A DNA stretch of 64,000 bases. It comes from Anaeramoeba ignava BMAN (Eukaryota > Protista > Anaeramoebae). Location: NCBI GenBank assembly GCA_028826165.1, contig JAPDFW010000053.1:248001-312000 (forward strand). The letters run 5' to 3'. A program made the translations under genes and the position numbers. The notes under the pieces are model-generated. The model saw only the letters and a list, made by a program, of their open reading frames with translations. It had not been told where the DNA came from and made no database searches. Below, piece by piece: positions 46,401-60,000 of this stretch. Position 1 is the stretch's first letter. Each line of letters begins with the position of its first letter.

Positions 46401-46897
46401 AGTTGAAGGATTCCTTGGTCACGAAATCGGAAAGTACTGAAGGAGGGATGGTGTTCTGATGGGACACATAAGAGGGTATTACCTTCTGTGGCTTTCTTTT
46501 GGGGTAAGGAAGCGCGACCGTTTTGTCTTGGTGCGTTTTTTGTTGCTGTGTATTGGTTGGTGGCGGTATGTTTTGAATAGGCATTTGAATAGGGTTTATT
46601 TGATTTGTGTTTTGCATGTTCATTTGGTTCGGGTCAGGTTTGCATTTGGGGTATCATTGAAGGGTTGTATAATTGCGGATGAGTTGGTTGATTTGTCGGT
46701 TGAATTATTGGATTATTTGGATTATATGTTGGTATAAGCATTGGATTGTATGTTGGTGTGAGATTCGCATTCGTTGTTATCCCATAATTTGTGTTGATGT
46801 TTTGAGGTGGTCGATTTGTTTGTTGTTGTTGTTGTTGTGTTGATTTTTTTGTTGGATCATAATATTGATTTGGTTGATTTGCATAATTTGGAATCAT
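43444..46897 (-). CDS. SEC24: COPII coat subunit Sec24 (SEC24C/D-like), multi-exon
   Basis: P/Q-rich N-terminus, NSSPAFIRSTLYQVP, VDFGEKGPIRCSRCGGYISPF..WQCPLC zinc finger, RPELSRGSVEF, TGGDVY, MRLRTSP, QFAMLYT..RRIRVYNL, gelsolin LFLLDDGLDIYIW, FVEDK. Frameshift near 46635. Confidence 0.95.
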
Positions 46898-47304
46898 TTT
46901 TCTTTTTTAAAAGATATTTTTTAAATTTTTAAATTTTTAAATTTTAAATTTTATAATTAAATTTTGAAAATTAGAAAAAAAAAAGAAAAGAAAAAAAATG
47001 AAATTTTTAATTATTAAAAAAAAATTTTTTTTAATTAAAAAAAAAAAATAAAAAAAAAATAAAAAGGAGAAAAAAACACGAATTAAAATTAAATAAAAAG
47101 AAATAAAAATTTTTTCGCTTTTTTTAATTTAAATTTTCTTTTTTTAAATTATTTTTTTTTCATTTTTCTTTTTTCATTCTTTTCTTTCTTTTAATTCTTC
47201 ATTATTCATTTTTCTCTTTTTTTTTAAAAAAAGGAAAACAAATAATAATTTATAATAAAAATTATATAAAAAATTATTTTAAATTATTTCAATTTAATTT
47301 AAAA

Positions 47305-50300
47305 ATGGAAGATTTTGATGAATTTTCGAATTTTTGTCTTGCTTTAAAGTTCCAAATACCAGATGGTGAATAAAAGAAAATTATTTATATTTAAAAATTT
47401 ATATTTAAAAAATTTATATTTAAAAAATTTATATTTAAAAATTTATATTTAAAAAATTTTAATAGAAGATGACCCAACTCAATCTCTTGAATTTATTGAA
47501 CAAGGAATTGATCATTTCCTTAAAAATTCTTTTACTAAAGAACAAATAGATTTTTTTAGTGGATTTCTTTATGAAATTGTAACTGAAATTTGGGGAAGAG
47601 CAAATTTTGCAAAAGAAGCAATCCAAAGAATAAATCAATTTTTTCAAAAATGTTTAGATTTTATAGCTTCAAGAATACAAGAAGAAAATGTGGTTATTTT
47701 TGAAATTTTGAATAAAATATTAGAATCTCCAGTGAGAACAGGATTTTATCAAAATGAAAGTGGAAACAATAGAATTATTAAAATTGTAAAAAAATAAAAT
47801 TAAAAATAAAAATTAAAAATATTAAAATTATTAAAAAAATTAAAAATAAAAATAAAAAGGAACTTGATAAATATAAATCAAAAGATTCTCAAAATGAAAG
47901 TTCCCATTCTTCTCCTCAAACCGAAAAAGATAAACAAGAATCAAAAGAAACTCAATCTCAAAATAATGAACCAGAATTCATTTCTTCAACTTATCGTTTT
48001 GTTTCTCCTTTACTTCTTGAAAATATTGAATATTTTGGGAAAATTGGTGGTTTTCGAAAAATTATATCTCAAATTTTAGGAAATGATTATGAAGTTTCTG
48101 TTTTTCGAATTCAATCACTTATTCAACCAATTATTAAAGTAAATTATTCAATTTTTTTTTTTAATATTAATATTATTAATATTATTATTATTATTAAAAA
48201 TTATTTTAGTGTTCAAGAATTTTTAATGAACAATTTTTAGGATTAATTCTTCCTGATATTCAAAAAATACTTGGTTTAATTTTGGATCTTGATTTCAATC
48301 AATTAAGAAATGAAAATCGAAAAGAACTTGATTCATTAGTTGATTCAGTTGAATTATTTACAAGAAGAATTAATTCAAAAGCAGCAGATGAAATGAGAGA
48401 AAGATTCAATTTAAAATTATCATTGAAATATTTAATTTCTCCATTTTTAGAAACGAGAGTAATGGGAATAAATGATCTTTCATCATTAACAACTCATGTT
48501 ATGGGGAATATTGTTGATAATTCAACACATTATTTTTATAAATCATTTGAATGGCTTAATACAGAGTATTTTATTTAATTTTAATTTTTATAAATGAATT
48601 TTAATTTTTATAAATGAATTTTAATTTTATAAATGAATTTTAATTTTAATTTTAATTTTAATTTTAATTTTAATTTTAATTTTAATTTTAATTTTAATTT
48701 TAATTTTAATTTTAATTTTAATTTTAATTTTAATTTTTAATTTTAATTTTAATTTTTAAATTTAATTTAGAAATTTAATTGATTGGATTGAAGAAGAAAA
48801 AATTGTTGACCTTTTAATCAATGAAAGAATGCATCCTGAAATATTAAAAAGATCAGGTTCTATTTTTGAATTTCTTGCCAAATATGATAAATTAACAATG
48901 AATCAATTTGAAAAAATTTGGTCTTATGCTGATGTAAATTAAAAATTAAAAATTAAATTAAAAATTAAAAATTAAATCAAAATCAAAATTAAATTTAAAT
49001 TTAAATGGAAATTTTTAGGGATCTCATAAATCAACAACTGAAATCATATATTCTTTATTCTCAAATATTCTAAACTATATTTCTTCAGGAAACCTTAAAG
49101 AATTATTTGGAAAAACAATCGCAAAAATCCAAAAATGGGAAGAATATTCAATTTCTTTACTTCGAGATTTTACTTTTTATGAACTTATTAAAAGTAATGA
49201 AGATATTGATCAAACATCAGGATTAAACAAAATATGGGAATTGATCAAAAGTAAAGAACTGGAAATTGAAACAAAAAAATCAATTATACAAGTTTTCCAG
49301 CAAATATTCACAAGAAAAGAATGCACAGAAAAAATCAAAGAAACAATCCTAATAAAATCACTAAATGATATCCAATCAAATCCTATTATTCATTTGAAAC
49401 TCATACAAAATATTATTGATACTTATCCTTTAAAATCATCAATGAAATTTTATTATACTCATGAAGATCGAGAATCTTTGATTAAAAAATTACAATCTTC
49501 TTTGAAAATACTTGATTTACTAACAGATGAACTTTTGGATTTCAAAAAACAATTTGAAAATTTACAATCCCAAAATCAATTCTCAATTCCCAAATCCCAA
49601 TCAAAAGAATCAATGAATTTGATCAAAATGGAACAACATGATTATAATTATAATGTATTTAAAATTAAAAATTAAAATTCATTTATAAAAATTAAAATTA
49701 AAAATTAAAATATATTTAAGATTGCAATCAGATTCGATTTGCTAAAAACTATCATCTCAGATTTAATCCAATTTTCATCAGAACAAATTGAAAAATTATG
49801 GCAAAGCTTTGTTGAAAACCCAAGAGATGAAATGGAAATGGATTTATTTTTCCAGTTTTTAATCTCCATTAAATTCTCAAACCAATTTGTTTCGGTTCTA
49901 TTCCAAAAAGCAGAAAAATTAAATCCAGAAACAATGACTCCAAAAGGATTCCAATTTTTCCAACATTTTTGCTATCAAATCAATCTTATTGAGAAGATAA
50001 TTGATGGAAGTGATGCAAATTTTCAAGTCAAAGATATCATGACATCCAATGAGTTTGGAATCGAAAGTTTATGGAAAATTGCACTTTTATCCAAAGATCC
50101 TGATGTGAAAAAACTTTCAGCAAACTTCTTGATTCAATTCCAAATATTCAGATATGATATCATTTTAAAAGAAGAAGAAAAAGTCAAGGAAAGAAGAGAA
50201 CAATTCATCTCCAAATGCATTAATTATTTGAGTGATAATAAGAATCCAAATGTGCAAAATAGAACAATAGATATTTTAACTGCTTTTATTGAAAAAATTG

Positions 50301-53300
50301 AACAAACAACAATAAATGCTGATTCAACCAAAAAAATAAACCAAGATATCCCAGTTTCATTGAATTTGAAAATCACAAATCTTGACGAAAAAACAGAGGA
50401 AACAACAATGGTTGTTTATGGAAACCAAACAGTCAAAGAATTCAGAAACGAACTCGCAAAACTTCTTGATGTGCCATTGACTTCATTCACAGTAAGTCAT
50501 CCTTTGATCCAAAAAAAACATGATTTGCTAACTTTGGAAGATGTTGGTCTTTATGTTGCGCCAATCAAAGAACTAGCAATCAAAATTCTCAGGAGAAGTG
50601 ATTCGAAACCAAAAATTAAAGAGATTCATTCTCAAGATAATTCATCAATCCAAATCAAAAAGGAAAATTTGCCCAGTTTTCTCCTCTCAAAATATTTCGA
50701 TAAATTATTCCAATTTTTGGCAATAAAGGAACATGGAACAGCAGCAAAAATATGGAATCTTCTAATGAAAATGCCAAAAGATAAAGGGTTCTTATTGTCT
50801 TTTTATCAACTATGCGAAGATCGGCAAGAATATCCAGAATGGAAACAGAAATTACAAAGTTTAGATTGTTCTTATAAATTAATTTATGGATTGCAAATTA
50901 TACAACAATTTCTAGAATATCCAGAAAGTGTGACACAAGAATTGGGCAAGGAAGTTGACAGACAGAAATGGATTCAAACATTTATTCGAGTCGATGGAGT
51001 TGAATATCTTGTGAAAAATCTTGTAGATATTCCTCTCGACCAAGACAAAGATGATCATGAATGTTTTGAATTTCAAAAATCAACAGCTTTGATTTTAAAG
51101 ATGATCTATCAATTATTAGTCAATGAAGACTCAAAATTCCGCACAGATATCCAAATCAAAAATTTTTCAATCGGAATCATTCTGAATAAACTAATTGATT
51201 TGACAATAAAATTTGGAAGCACAGAAAGCAAGCAAACAAGCGAAGAATCGGTCAATTTAATCAATGATATTGTTTCCTATTCAGTCAAAATTATTGTCCA
51301 AGGTTGTTTAACTGAACAAGAGGAATGGAGGAATTCGCTGAAAAGATACCCAGAAATTTCCATTTGGTTGAAAAGATCATTGGTTGATTCTCCTGTAAAC
51401 AGCGTCAGAGAAATATTAGCCAATGGAATAATCAAAATTTCCAAGAACGATATTGATTCATCTCCTCAAAAAAATCGCGAAAGACAAGACGAAGAGCCTT
51501 TCCGCATTTTCTTCTTGAAAAACTTGATGAAATTTATGGAGGAAATTCTCGACATCGAACCAAAACCAGAAAAACACGACCATATCATTTATTATGAGCA
51601 ATATTTCAAAGTTGTTCAAGAATTAATTAATTTAGGATACACTTCAAATGACAAAATGGAGCTGAAAAATCTTGTTTATCAAATGATCCAAGTAATCAAA
51701 ACATATCCAATAACAGAAAAGGAAAACTCAACTGATAAAGAAGCTGATGAAAGATTGATTGGACAATTCAACTTGATACGCACAATTACTTCACATGAAA
51801 AATCACTGAAAATGGAAATTGAACAAAAGGAAATGGTTATTGAGGAATTATTCAACCAATTCTTGTTCGGAATTCCTCAAATGCAACCGAATCAAACAGA
51901 TATCCAAATGCACGAAGTAACACCACCCAAATGCAAAGCTCCCAAAACAAGGAAAGCTTGCTTTGAATTGGTTTGTGAATTGAGCAGAGATTGTTTCGAT
52001 AATTTCAAGGCTATTATGTCGTTATTAAACCAGAAACACAGCAAGTTTGAAGATATGGACACTTGGAATTATTCTCCACAATATTACTCGCAATCATCAA
52101 CAGGATATCGAGGATTGACAAATTTGGGAGCAACTTGTTATATGAACTCGCTTTTACAGCAGCTTTTCATGATCCAAGAATTTCGTGATGCGATTTTAAC
52201 TTTGGATTTTGAAAAGGAAAATGAGAAAGAAAAAAATCTCGAAAAGAAAACAATCCCAAACGAAGACAAAATCTCTTATCAATTACAGAGAATCTTTTGG
52301 TATCTCACAAAAACAGAGTTGGGATTTGTTAATACAAAACTCCTTTGTAATACGTTCAAGGACTGGGAAAATAAACCCTTAAGAACATCAGTTCAAATGG
52401 ATGCGGAGGAATTTCTCAATATTCTTTTCAACAATTTGGAAACAGAAATTTCAGACAAAGAGCAGAAAAATATTTTGCGAGATTTATTCAGAGGAACCTT
52501 TATAAATCAAGTCATACCCTATTGAAGCAGAATCAGTCAAATCAGAGAGAAATGAAGACTTCTTCAGAGTAAGTGTTGATGTTGAAAGTCGAAGCAACTT
52601 ACACGAATCGTTGGATCTTTTTGTAGAAGGAGAAATGCTTGTTGGTGACAACCAATATTACAGTGAAGCTCTGCAGAAAAAAGTGGATGCGATGAAGAGA
52701 ATCTGCATTGGAAATTTACCCAAAATTTTAATCATCCATTTGAAAAGATTCCAATACAACTACGAAACATTCCAAAGATATAAGATCAACAAGGAATTCC
52801 ATTTCCCAATGCAAGTCAAAATGGGGAAATATACAAAAGAAGGTCTGGAAAAAAGCGATCAAATGAAGAAATTAGAGAGCGAACAAAACGAAAATGAAGA
52901 TGAACCAAATAAACAAAACGAATCAAATGAATCCATGCCTATTCCAAAAGAGGTTGAACAAATTTCTTCTGAAAATGATGGAGAAGAATACGAACTCGTT
53001 GGTATTATTGTTCATAACGGATCAACAGAATCTGGTCATTATTACTCTCTTATAAAAGAACCCAAAACCTCCAAATGGATCCGATTTGATGATATTAGAG
53101 TGCTTGAATTCGACATGAGTGATCTTGCTGAAGAATGTTTTGGAAAAGGAGGAATTATTGTTCCAAATGCAAACGATTATTATGATTCAAATGAAAAGAG
53201 AAACTCAGCTTATCTTCTTATTTACAGAAAAATCACTCAATATCCGCAAAATGATCTTGATTCTCCTCAAAAATCTACACAAATAACCCAAGAATCAATT

Positions 53301-56300
53301 CCACAAAAATTTTATCAAGAAATCATCCAAGAAAATCTGCAATTCCGAGCAAAAAAATATCTTTTCAACAACGACTATTTTGATTTTTGCTTTTCAATTC
53401 TTGAGTTGGGTCAACAAACTTATTCGAATTCGCTCACAAGCCTCACAACCAATTTAACCCAATTCGCAATGAAGTTCCTTATCAATTTGATTGCGCATTT
53501 TAAAAAGCAAAGAAAATTCGTCAAAATGGGTTGAATTCATCAAAAAAAATTTGGATACTAAATCTGCCAAATGGTTTATCCAAAAATTCACAAACCAGAA
53601 ATATTCAAAAGTCAAAGATCAAGATCAAGATCAAGAAGAAGAAGAAGAAGATTGGTATTCAAAATGCATTCTGAAAATGGGTCCCATAAATGAATTCCGT
53701 TTGCAGATTTATTCTATTATTATCGAGGCTCTCAAAATACTTGCAACTGAGGAAAAAACAAAAATTTCCAGCTTCAATTTAGAAGAAAAAAAGAGAAACG
53801 AAGCTCATCTTGAAACTTTGCAAGAAAATGAAGTTTATGAATATTGGATGAGCATGCAAATGATGCGCCAAATAAAAGACGAACCCAAAAAACAAACAGA
53901 AGTTTCCTTGGTGATTGAATTTGCTTCCCAACTTTTGCAAACGTTACCAGAAGCAAAATTCCATTTTTCTGCGTTGTCTGATTATTTTGGTTTCCTTTAT
54001 GATTTATTGAGTGTGGGAGAAGCTGTGATCGAATATTTTGCTTCAACAAACTTGATTGCCAAAATGATTGATTTCTATCTCGATGAAAAATCACCTTTAA
54101 GAAAAACTGCCAATAATAAGCAAAATCAATCTCAAGTCGTGGAAGATTCATATTTCCAGCAGCAATTCGTCAAAATGCTCAGCATTATTGAAGAAATTGT
54201 TTTGAAAACAGAAAACAAAATCAACAAATCACAAGAAATTGATGAGAAAAAATCCCTTGTTTTATCCAAAATTGATTATAGAATGATTACAGAAGAAAAG
54301 TTCATTGAAAAAATGATTTCTCTGGAAATTAATCCCGAATCTTTGAAAAAAATTCTTAATCATATCTCATTCGAAAACATTGAATTTACTCAACATATTA
54401 TTGAGCTACTCTCAAGAGAAATGAAGTCGAAAACCTATCTTGAAATTGGTAGATATTTCACATTTTACAATTCTTTACTCGAAATCAATGATTCACTTTC
54501 TCAACAAAGACTTGATTTGGTTCTTTCCAAATTGAAAGATTCAATAAGCCAAAAATTTTCATTTGAAAACTCAACATCAGTCTCACTCAATTATTTGGGA
54601 GAGCTTTGCAAATCAAATGCAGCAGCAATGGAGTGGTTTTTGGGGAATAAAGACAAATGGATGATTGAATGGCTTGTTCAGAATCGTTATTTAGCAGCAA
54701 GAAATTCAGTTCTTCAATTTATCGCCATTTTCTTCAATTACAAAGAATCCGAAAAAGACCAAATAAATACAAAAATTCTTCTTGAGTTTGAGGACTATTT
54801 CATCAACATTCTTCCCAAAATCAAAGAGGAATGCTACCAAGGTGTTGAAAAAGAAAAGGAAGAAATGAAAAATCTCAACAAATCCAAAATTAGCGATGAT
54901 TTTTTCCAAATGACATCCTATTTCGATTTCTTCAGAATGTATTGTTTAGAACAGAAAGAAGCTGCAGAAAAACTCTTTGCAAATTTCGATATGTTTTGGG
55001 AATGCATGGAGTATATCGACAAAGTTATGCTAAATTACGATCTGAATAAGAAGCATCTTCTGATGCTTTTTGAAGCCTGTTTTAGAATATATCCTGATCA
55101 GCTCAATCAGCAGTTGATCAACAACAAAGAGCGCACAGAAAAATATCTTCAACTCTTCGACTCCTTCCAAGAACACAATGCATATATCACAGAATACCTG
55201 CAATCAACGCTCAAATTATATTTCCAAATACTCCAACAATGTCTCAACCAAAATGAGGAATTTGCAAATCTCTTGAAAAGTTCCAAGTTGTTCAAGGTTT
55301 CTATCATGGAAATCCTATTTAAATCCCAAGATTTCTACTCGGAAATAGGAGATATTATTTTGAAAACGTTTGGGATGTTTGCGCTAAAGCAAAAGGACTA
55401 TCGATTGGAGCAAATCAACATGATCAGCTCAAATGTCTACGAGTTTCTCAACAATTCCCCTATCACAACAATCAAATTTCTTGACCAGATGATTATCGAC
55501 AAAGAGGATGCTTGGATGTTCTACAAAACCGAGAATAATTTCTACTATTTGCAGTTAATCATCACAGTTTTCGCATCTCAAATGCACCAACAAAACTCAA
55601 ATTTTAGATCCTTAAGAGACATCATTATGCATATTTATCAGATAAGAAACTCACGCTTTGACAATAAAGGAGCAAATCAAGCTATTCTTCACGGACTCAG
55701 TCTTGTTGACAAGATGACTAAACTTCTTGGTACCGATATTCGCAATATCGAAGACTTCGTAATCAATCAAAAAATGCTCAGTGTTTTATATCAAGTTGTT
55801 CCTTTCATTGGCGGAATTGATGAAGAAGTATCAAACAAGTATTTCGAGGTTAGTTCAACCCTCATATTATCAAATCCTATGCTTGTCATCAACTTCATAA
55901 ACCAAATCATCTCGTTTCATCATGCAAATATTGAAAGTCATCGACTTGAAGAGTTAAGAAGTGAACACACAGGAACTAAATCCAATCTCGATGACAAAGT
56001 GTTTTTCTCAATCAATGAATATCACCACTTTTTGGAATCAATAGTGTTTGCAGGATTGAAACTGAATCAGAAACAAGTTGATGATTTCCAGAAGAGAATT
56101 GAAGAAATGGAAACAGAATCTCGAAAAAAATATCAATCTGAAAATGAAAATCAAAACGAAAATGAAAATGAAAATCAAAATGAAAATCAAAATCAAAATC
56201 AAAATGAAAATCAAAATGAAAATTCTCAGAATGAAATCGAATCAATTAGATTACGAGCTATCAAGCTATTATTCTTTATTTTGGTTGATATTTCTCGCTA

Positions 56301-56778
56301 TGAACTTTTCAATTCTAGATTTCTCAAATTCTCAAATAAATTGATTTCCTTATATCCTGATGATTTCAAAGAAGCTTTTGGTCAATATCAAGATTATTTA
56401 GTTTTGTATTTTGAAAAAACAATTGAAAAGTGTATTGTTGTTTTTAATAATGAATGGATATTTTTCCAAGAATTTATCAAATTTCTTAATTCAAAAAATG
56501 ATCAAAATTCAAATCAAATTTTATCCAATTTATTATCTAAAATTTTCCTTGGAATTGAAAACAGAAAAAATGATTCTTCAATAACTCGATTAGAAGAATT
56601 GAAAGTTTTATTAATTTCAGCAAAAATTATTTTATTTGAAACTAAAAATTCTCAAGAAATGATTAAATTATTTGTCGGAAATGTTTTTGGAAGTGATTCA
56701 CTTGGTTGGATATTTGAACAGTTTCAGAATAATCAAGAAATTATTGATTTAGCTTCTTTTTTGATTTCTTATTTTTAA
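47305..56778 (+). CDS. Large ubiquitin-specific protease (USP34/USP24/USP9-like); introns in the 5' part and two apparent +1 frameshifts (~52520, ~53500)
   Basis: NIEYFGKIGGF, PPKCK..TRKACFEL, Cys box GLTNLGATCYMNSLLQQLF, QMDAEEF, HLKRF, His box GIIVHNGSTESGHYYS, WIRFDD, SAYLLIY. Confidence 0.92.
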
Positions 56779-57057
56779 ATCAAATTTACAATTTAATATC
56801 AAAAGATTATTTTTCTTTTCTGAATTATTTTTTATTGAAAAAAAAATAACAAAAATTTATCATTTTCTCTTCAATAAAAAATTAAAAAATTAAAATTAAT
56901 TTTAAAAATGGAAAATCTAATTAAAAATCTAATTAAAAAAAAAGTGGAATAAAAATAAATAAAAAAGGAGAAAAAATAAAAGGAGAAAAAAAAGCAAAAA
57001 AAAAAAAGCAAAAAAATTTTTTTTTTTTTTTCATTTTTTTTTTTTAAATTAAAAAAA

Positions 57058-60000
57058 ATGTCTTCAACAAAAAGAAGTCAATTTTTAATTTGGTTATTTT
57101 TGAATGAGATTGAAACAAACAAAATAGAAGAAATTAAAATTCAAATAATAACACAAAACCCAAAAAAAACTTATGAACTTGCAAAATCAAAAAAACAAAA
57201 AGAAGTTTGGTTTATTGGAATTCCAAAAATAAATTGGATTCAAAGAAAATATTTTGAAACTTCTTTTCGATTTGCAATGCATGGATTATTAGAAGGTCAA
57301 ACAAAAATAAATATGTCAGATCCGTTCCTAATCAAAAAATACAAACCAAATCCTTTGAATATTCAATTTATAAAATTGAATTATGAATCTGATAAATTAA
57401 TTCCATATAAAGTTGATGATAATTTAATTAAATTTAAAATTCTTGATGCTCTTATTTTTCAAACTGAAGGAATTGAATTTCAAAAGCAAATCAAAATCAA
57501 ATTCCAAGTAGTTGATGCTTTACTATCAAGAAAAGAAGAAGAATCAGAAGAAGAAAAAGAACAAAAAGTTATTTCATGGATAAAAGAAAATTTTGATTCA
57601 AATTTATCTCTTGATAAGAAACTTATTTTTTTCTATTTATCATCTTTTGGTTTTCATGTTACAAATATGGATCTTATTCTGTTTCCTCAACAAAATGATT
57701 CTTTAGATTTTGCTATTGATTTTACAAAATTTGTTATTGATTTTTTTACAAAAGAAATTGGAACAAACACCTTTAAAAAAACTCTTGGTTCAAATCTTTC
57801 TAAATTTGCTAAAAAAACCAAAAAACAAAATGATCCTCGAAAATCTTTTAAAATTCTTTCTTATTTCCCATTGGCTTGGTATTTGGAATCTACTAAAGAA
57901 TTTGAAACTTTTATAAAAGAACTTGAAGTTAAATCTCTTGATCAAATTTTACCTCTTTTCAATATTATTCTATCTGATTCAACATTCCACAAAATTTTAT
58001 CTGAAAAATTATTTCAAGAAAAATTCCTTAAAAAATTAATTCCAAAATATTGGGAAAAATTCCTTTTTGATTTTTTTTCTTCTCAGAATATTGAAAACGT
58101 TAACAAAATTTTTGATTCTCCAATTTATAAGGATATCTTTTCTACACTTTCCCAAATCAATTTAGATTTTGATAAGAAAATTCAATTTTGGATTTCTTTT
58201 TATTCTCTTTTAAAGGAGCATCCATTCCAAACAAATGAAAACACAAATGAATTGAATAGAAAAAATGATCTTGATGATATTTTTAATTTAATCAAATCTC
58301 AATTTGAATCCCTTAAAAAGGGACGTTCAGCCTTATTCAGACTCGTTGCTTTAGCAAAAGAAGAATATATGGGATTAATTCAAAATTTATTACCAGAACA
58401 CCAAAATATTCTTTACTCCTTTTTCCAATCTCTTTATAATGAAATTCGTCTAGATCGCATTTTCAAATTTGAGAATATTATTCAATTTATGCCAATAAAA
58501 GAGGTTCAAATTCCAAAATGGGAAAAATTATTAACTAAAACAAACAAAGATATTTTCAACTTAAAAGATAATAATATTCATGATTTAATTTCTGAATTTA
58601 TTCAAAATTCAAACTTTCCTGATTTAAAGAATATATTTAAATGGTATACAAAAATTATTTCTTTTTTTCCTAATTATAAAACAAATGAACGTGGAGTTAT
58701 TCAATTTATGCAAGATTTTCATAAAGAATTAAATGAATTTTGTCAAAAACTTGCTGAAGGATGTGGATTTGAGAATTATAACAATTTCCAAACTTTCGAA
58801 AAACAATACCAAGATTTATCCAAAATATTATTTCCAGATGATAAAAAATACAATGAAATTATTCAAAAAATTGATTCAAAAAAAATGCAAATATTCTATA
58901 AAGATGGACTTTTGAAAACCTTATATGATGTTTATTTACCCAAAATAATGATAACAGAATTACCTTTTGATGATAAATTAATTGAAAAGATTACAAAAGA
59001 TCAAGAAGATTCTTTGAAATGGTTGAATAAACTTCAAGATTCAAAAATTTTCCTTAATCAATGGAAAGAAATCTTCACTCCATTTTTAAAAGAAAAAATT
59101 TTAAAATCTGAATCTCAAATCCAAAATTTTATCAATAAATACAAAAATGAATGGAATGATTTTATCCAAAACAAAATCACATTACAAAATTTAATTCAAA
59201 ACAAAGATCAAGAAACAAAAGAAGAAATCAATAATTTTTTTCAAAACATTATCAATTTACAATTTATTCAAGATAATATTTCAAAATTATCAAATGAATG
59301 GGAAAAATTAAATCAATTAATTTCAGAAAAAAAACTTACTTTCAAGGAATTGGATAATATGTTTCCATTTATAGAAAAAGAAGCAAACTCGAATATCAAT
59401 CAAATCAAATTTTTCAAACCTGAAAATTTCTTAAAAGAAAATCTCAATTTCAAAGATAATGAAAAGAATCTTAATGAATATTTAGAATTGAGGAAAAAAA
59501 GATATGGTTTATTAAGTTTCTTGGAATTTTGCAAAAGATTTACTTTTACAACAAAAAACGAAACATTTGAAACATTTGAAAAAGATTGGGATTCTCAATT
59601 ATTAAATCAAATTGATGAAATTTCCAAAAATTTAGGTTCTATATTTTCAGGAAATGAATCATCTTTCTTACAATTCTTTTCTGAATTAATTCCCATTAAA
59701 TTTACAGAAGAATCTCAAGAATATATTTTTGATACTCATTTGCTTGATTGGTTAAAAAAACAAAATGATGATGAAATTAACAATATTCTTTCTAAAGATA
59801 TTTTCCCTGAAGAACAATACAAAAATGGAATGGAACAATTAGACAATTTGAGAAATAGAATGAAAGGTTATCTTAATCGAAAAAGTTATTCAAGTTTTTC
59901 TGTTTTTTTGAATATAATTTTTAATGAAGAAAAGAGAGTATCTAAAGATCCAAAAGAAATAGATTTCCCATTTATTCATAAACTTCTCCCACAAATTGAA

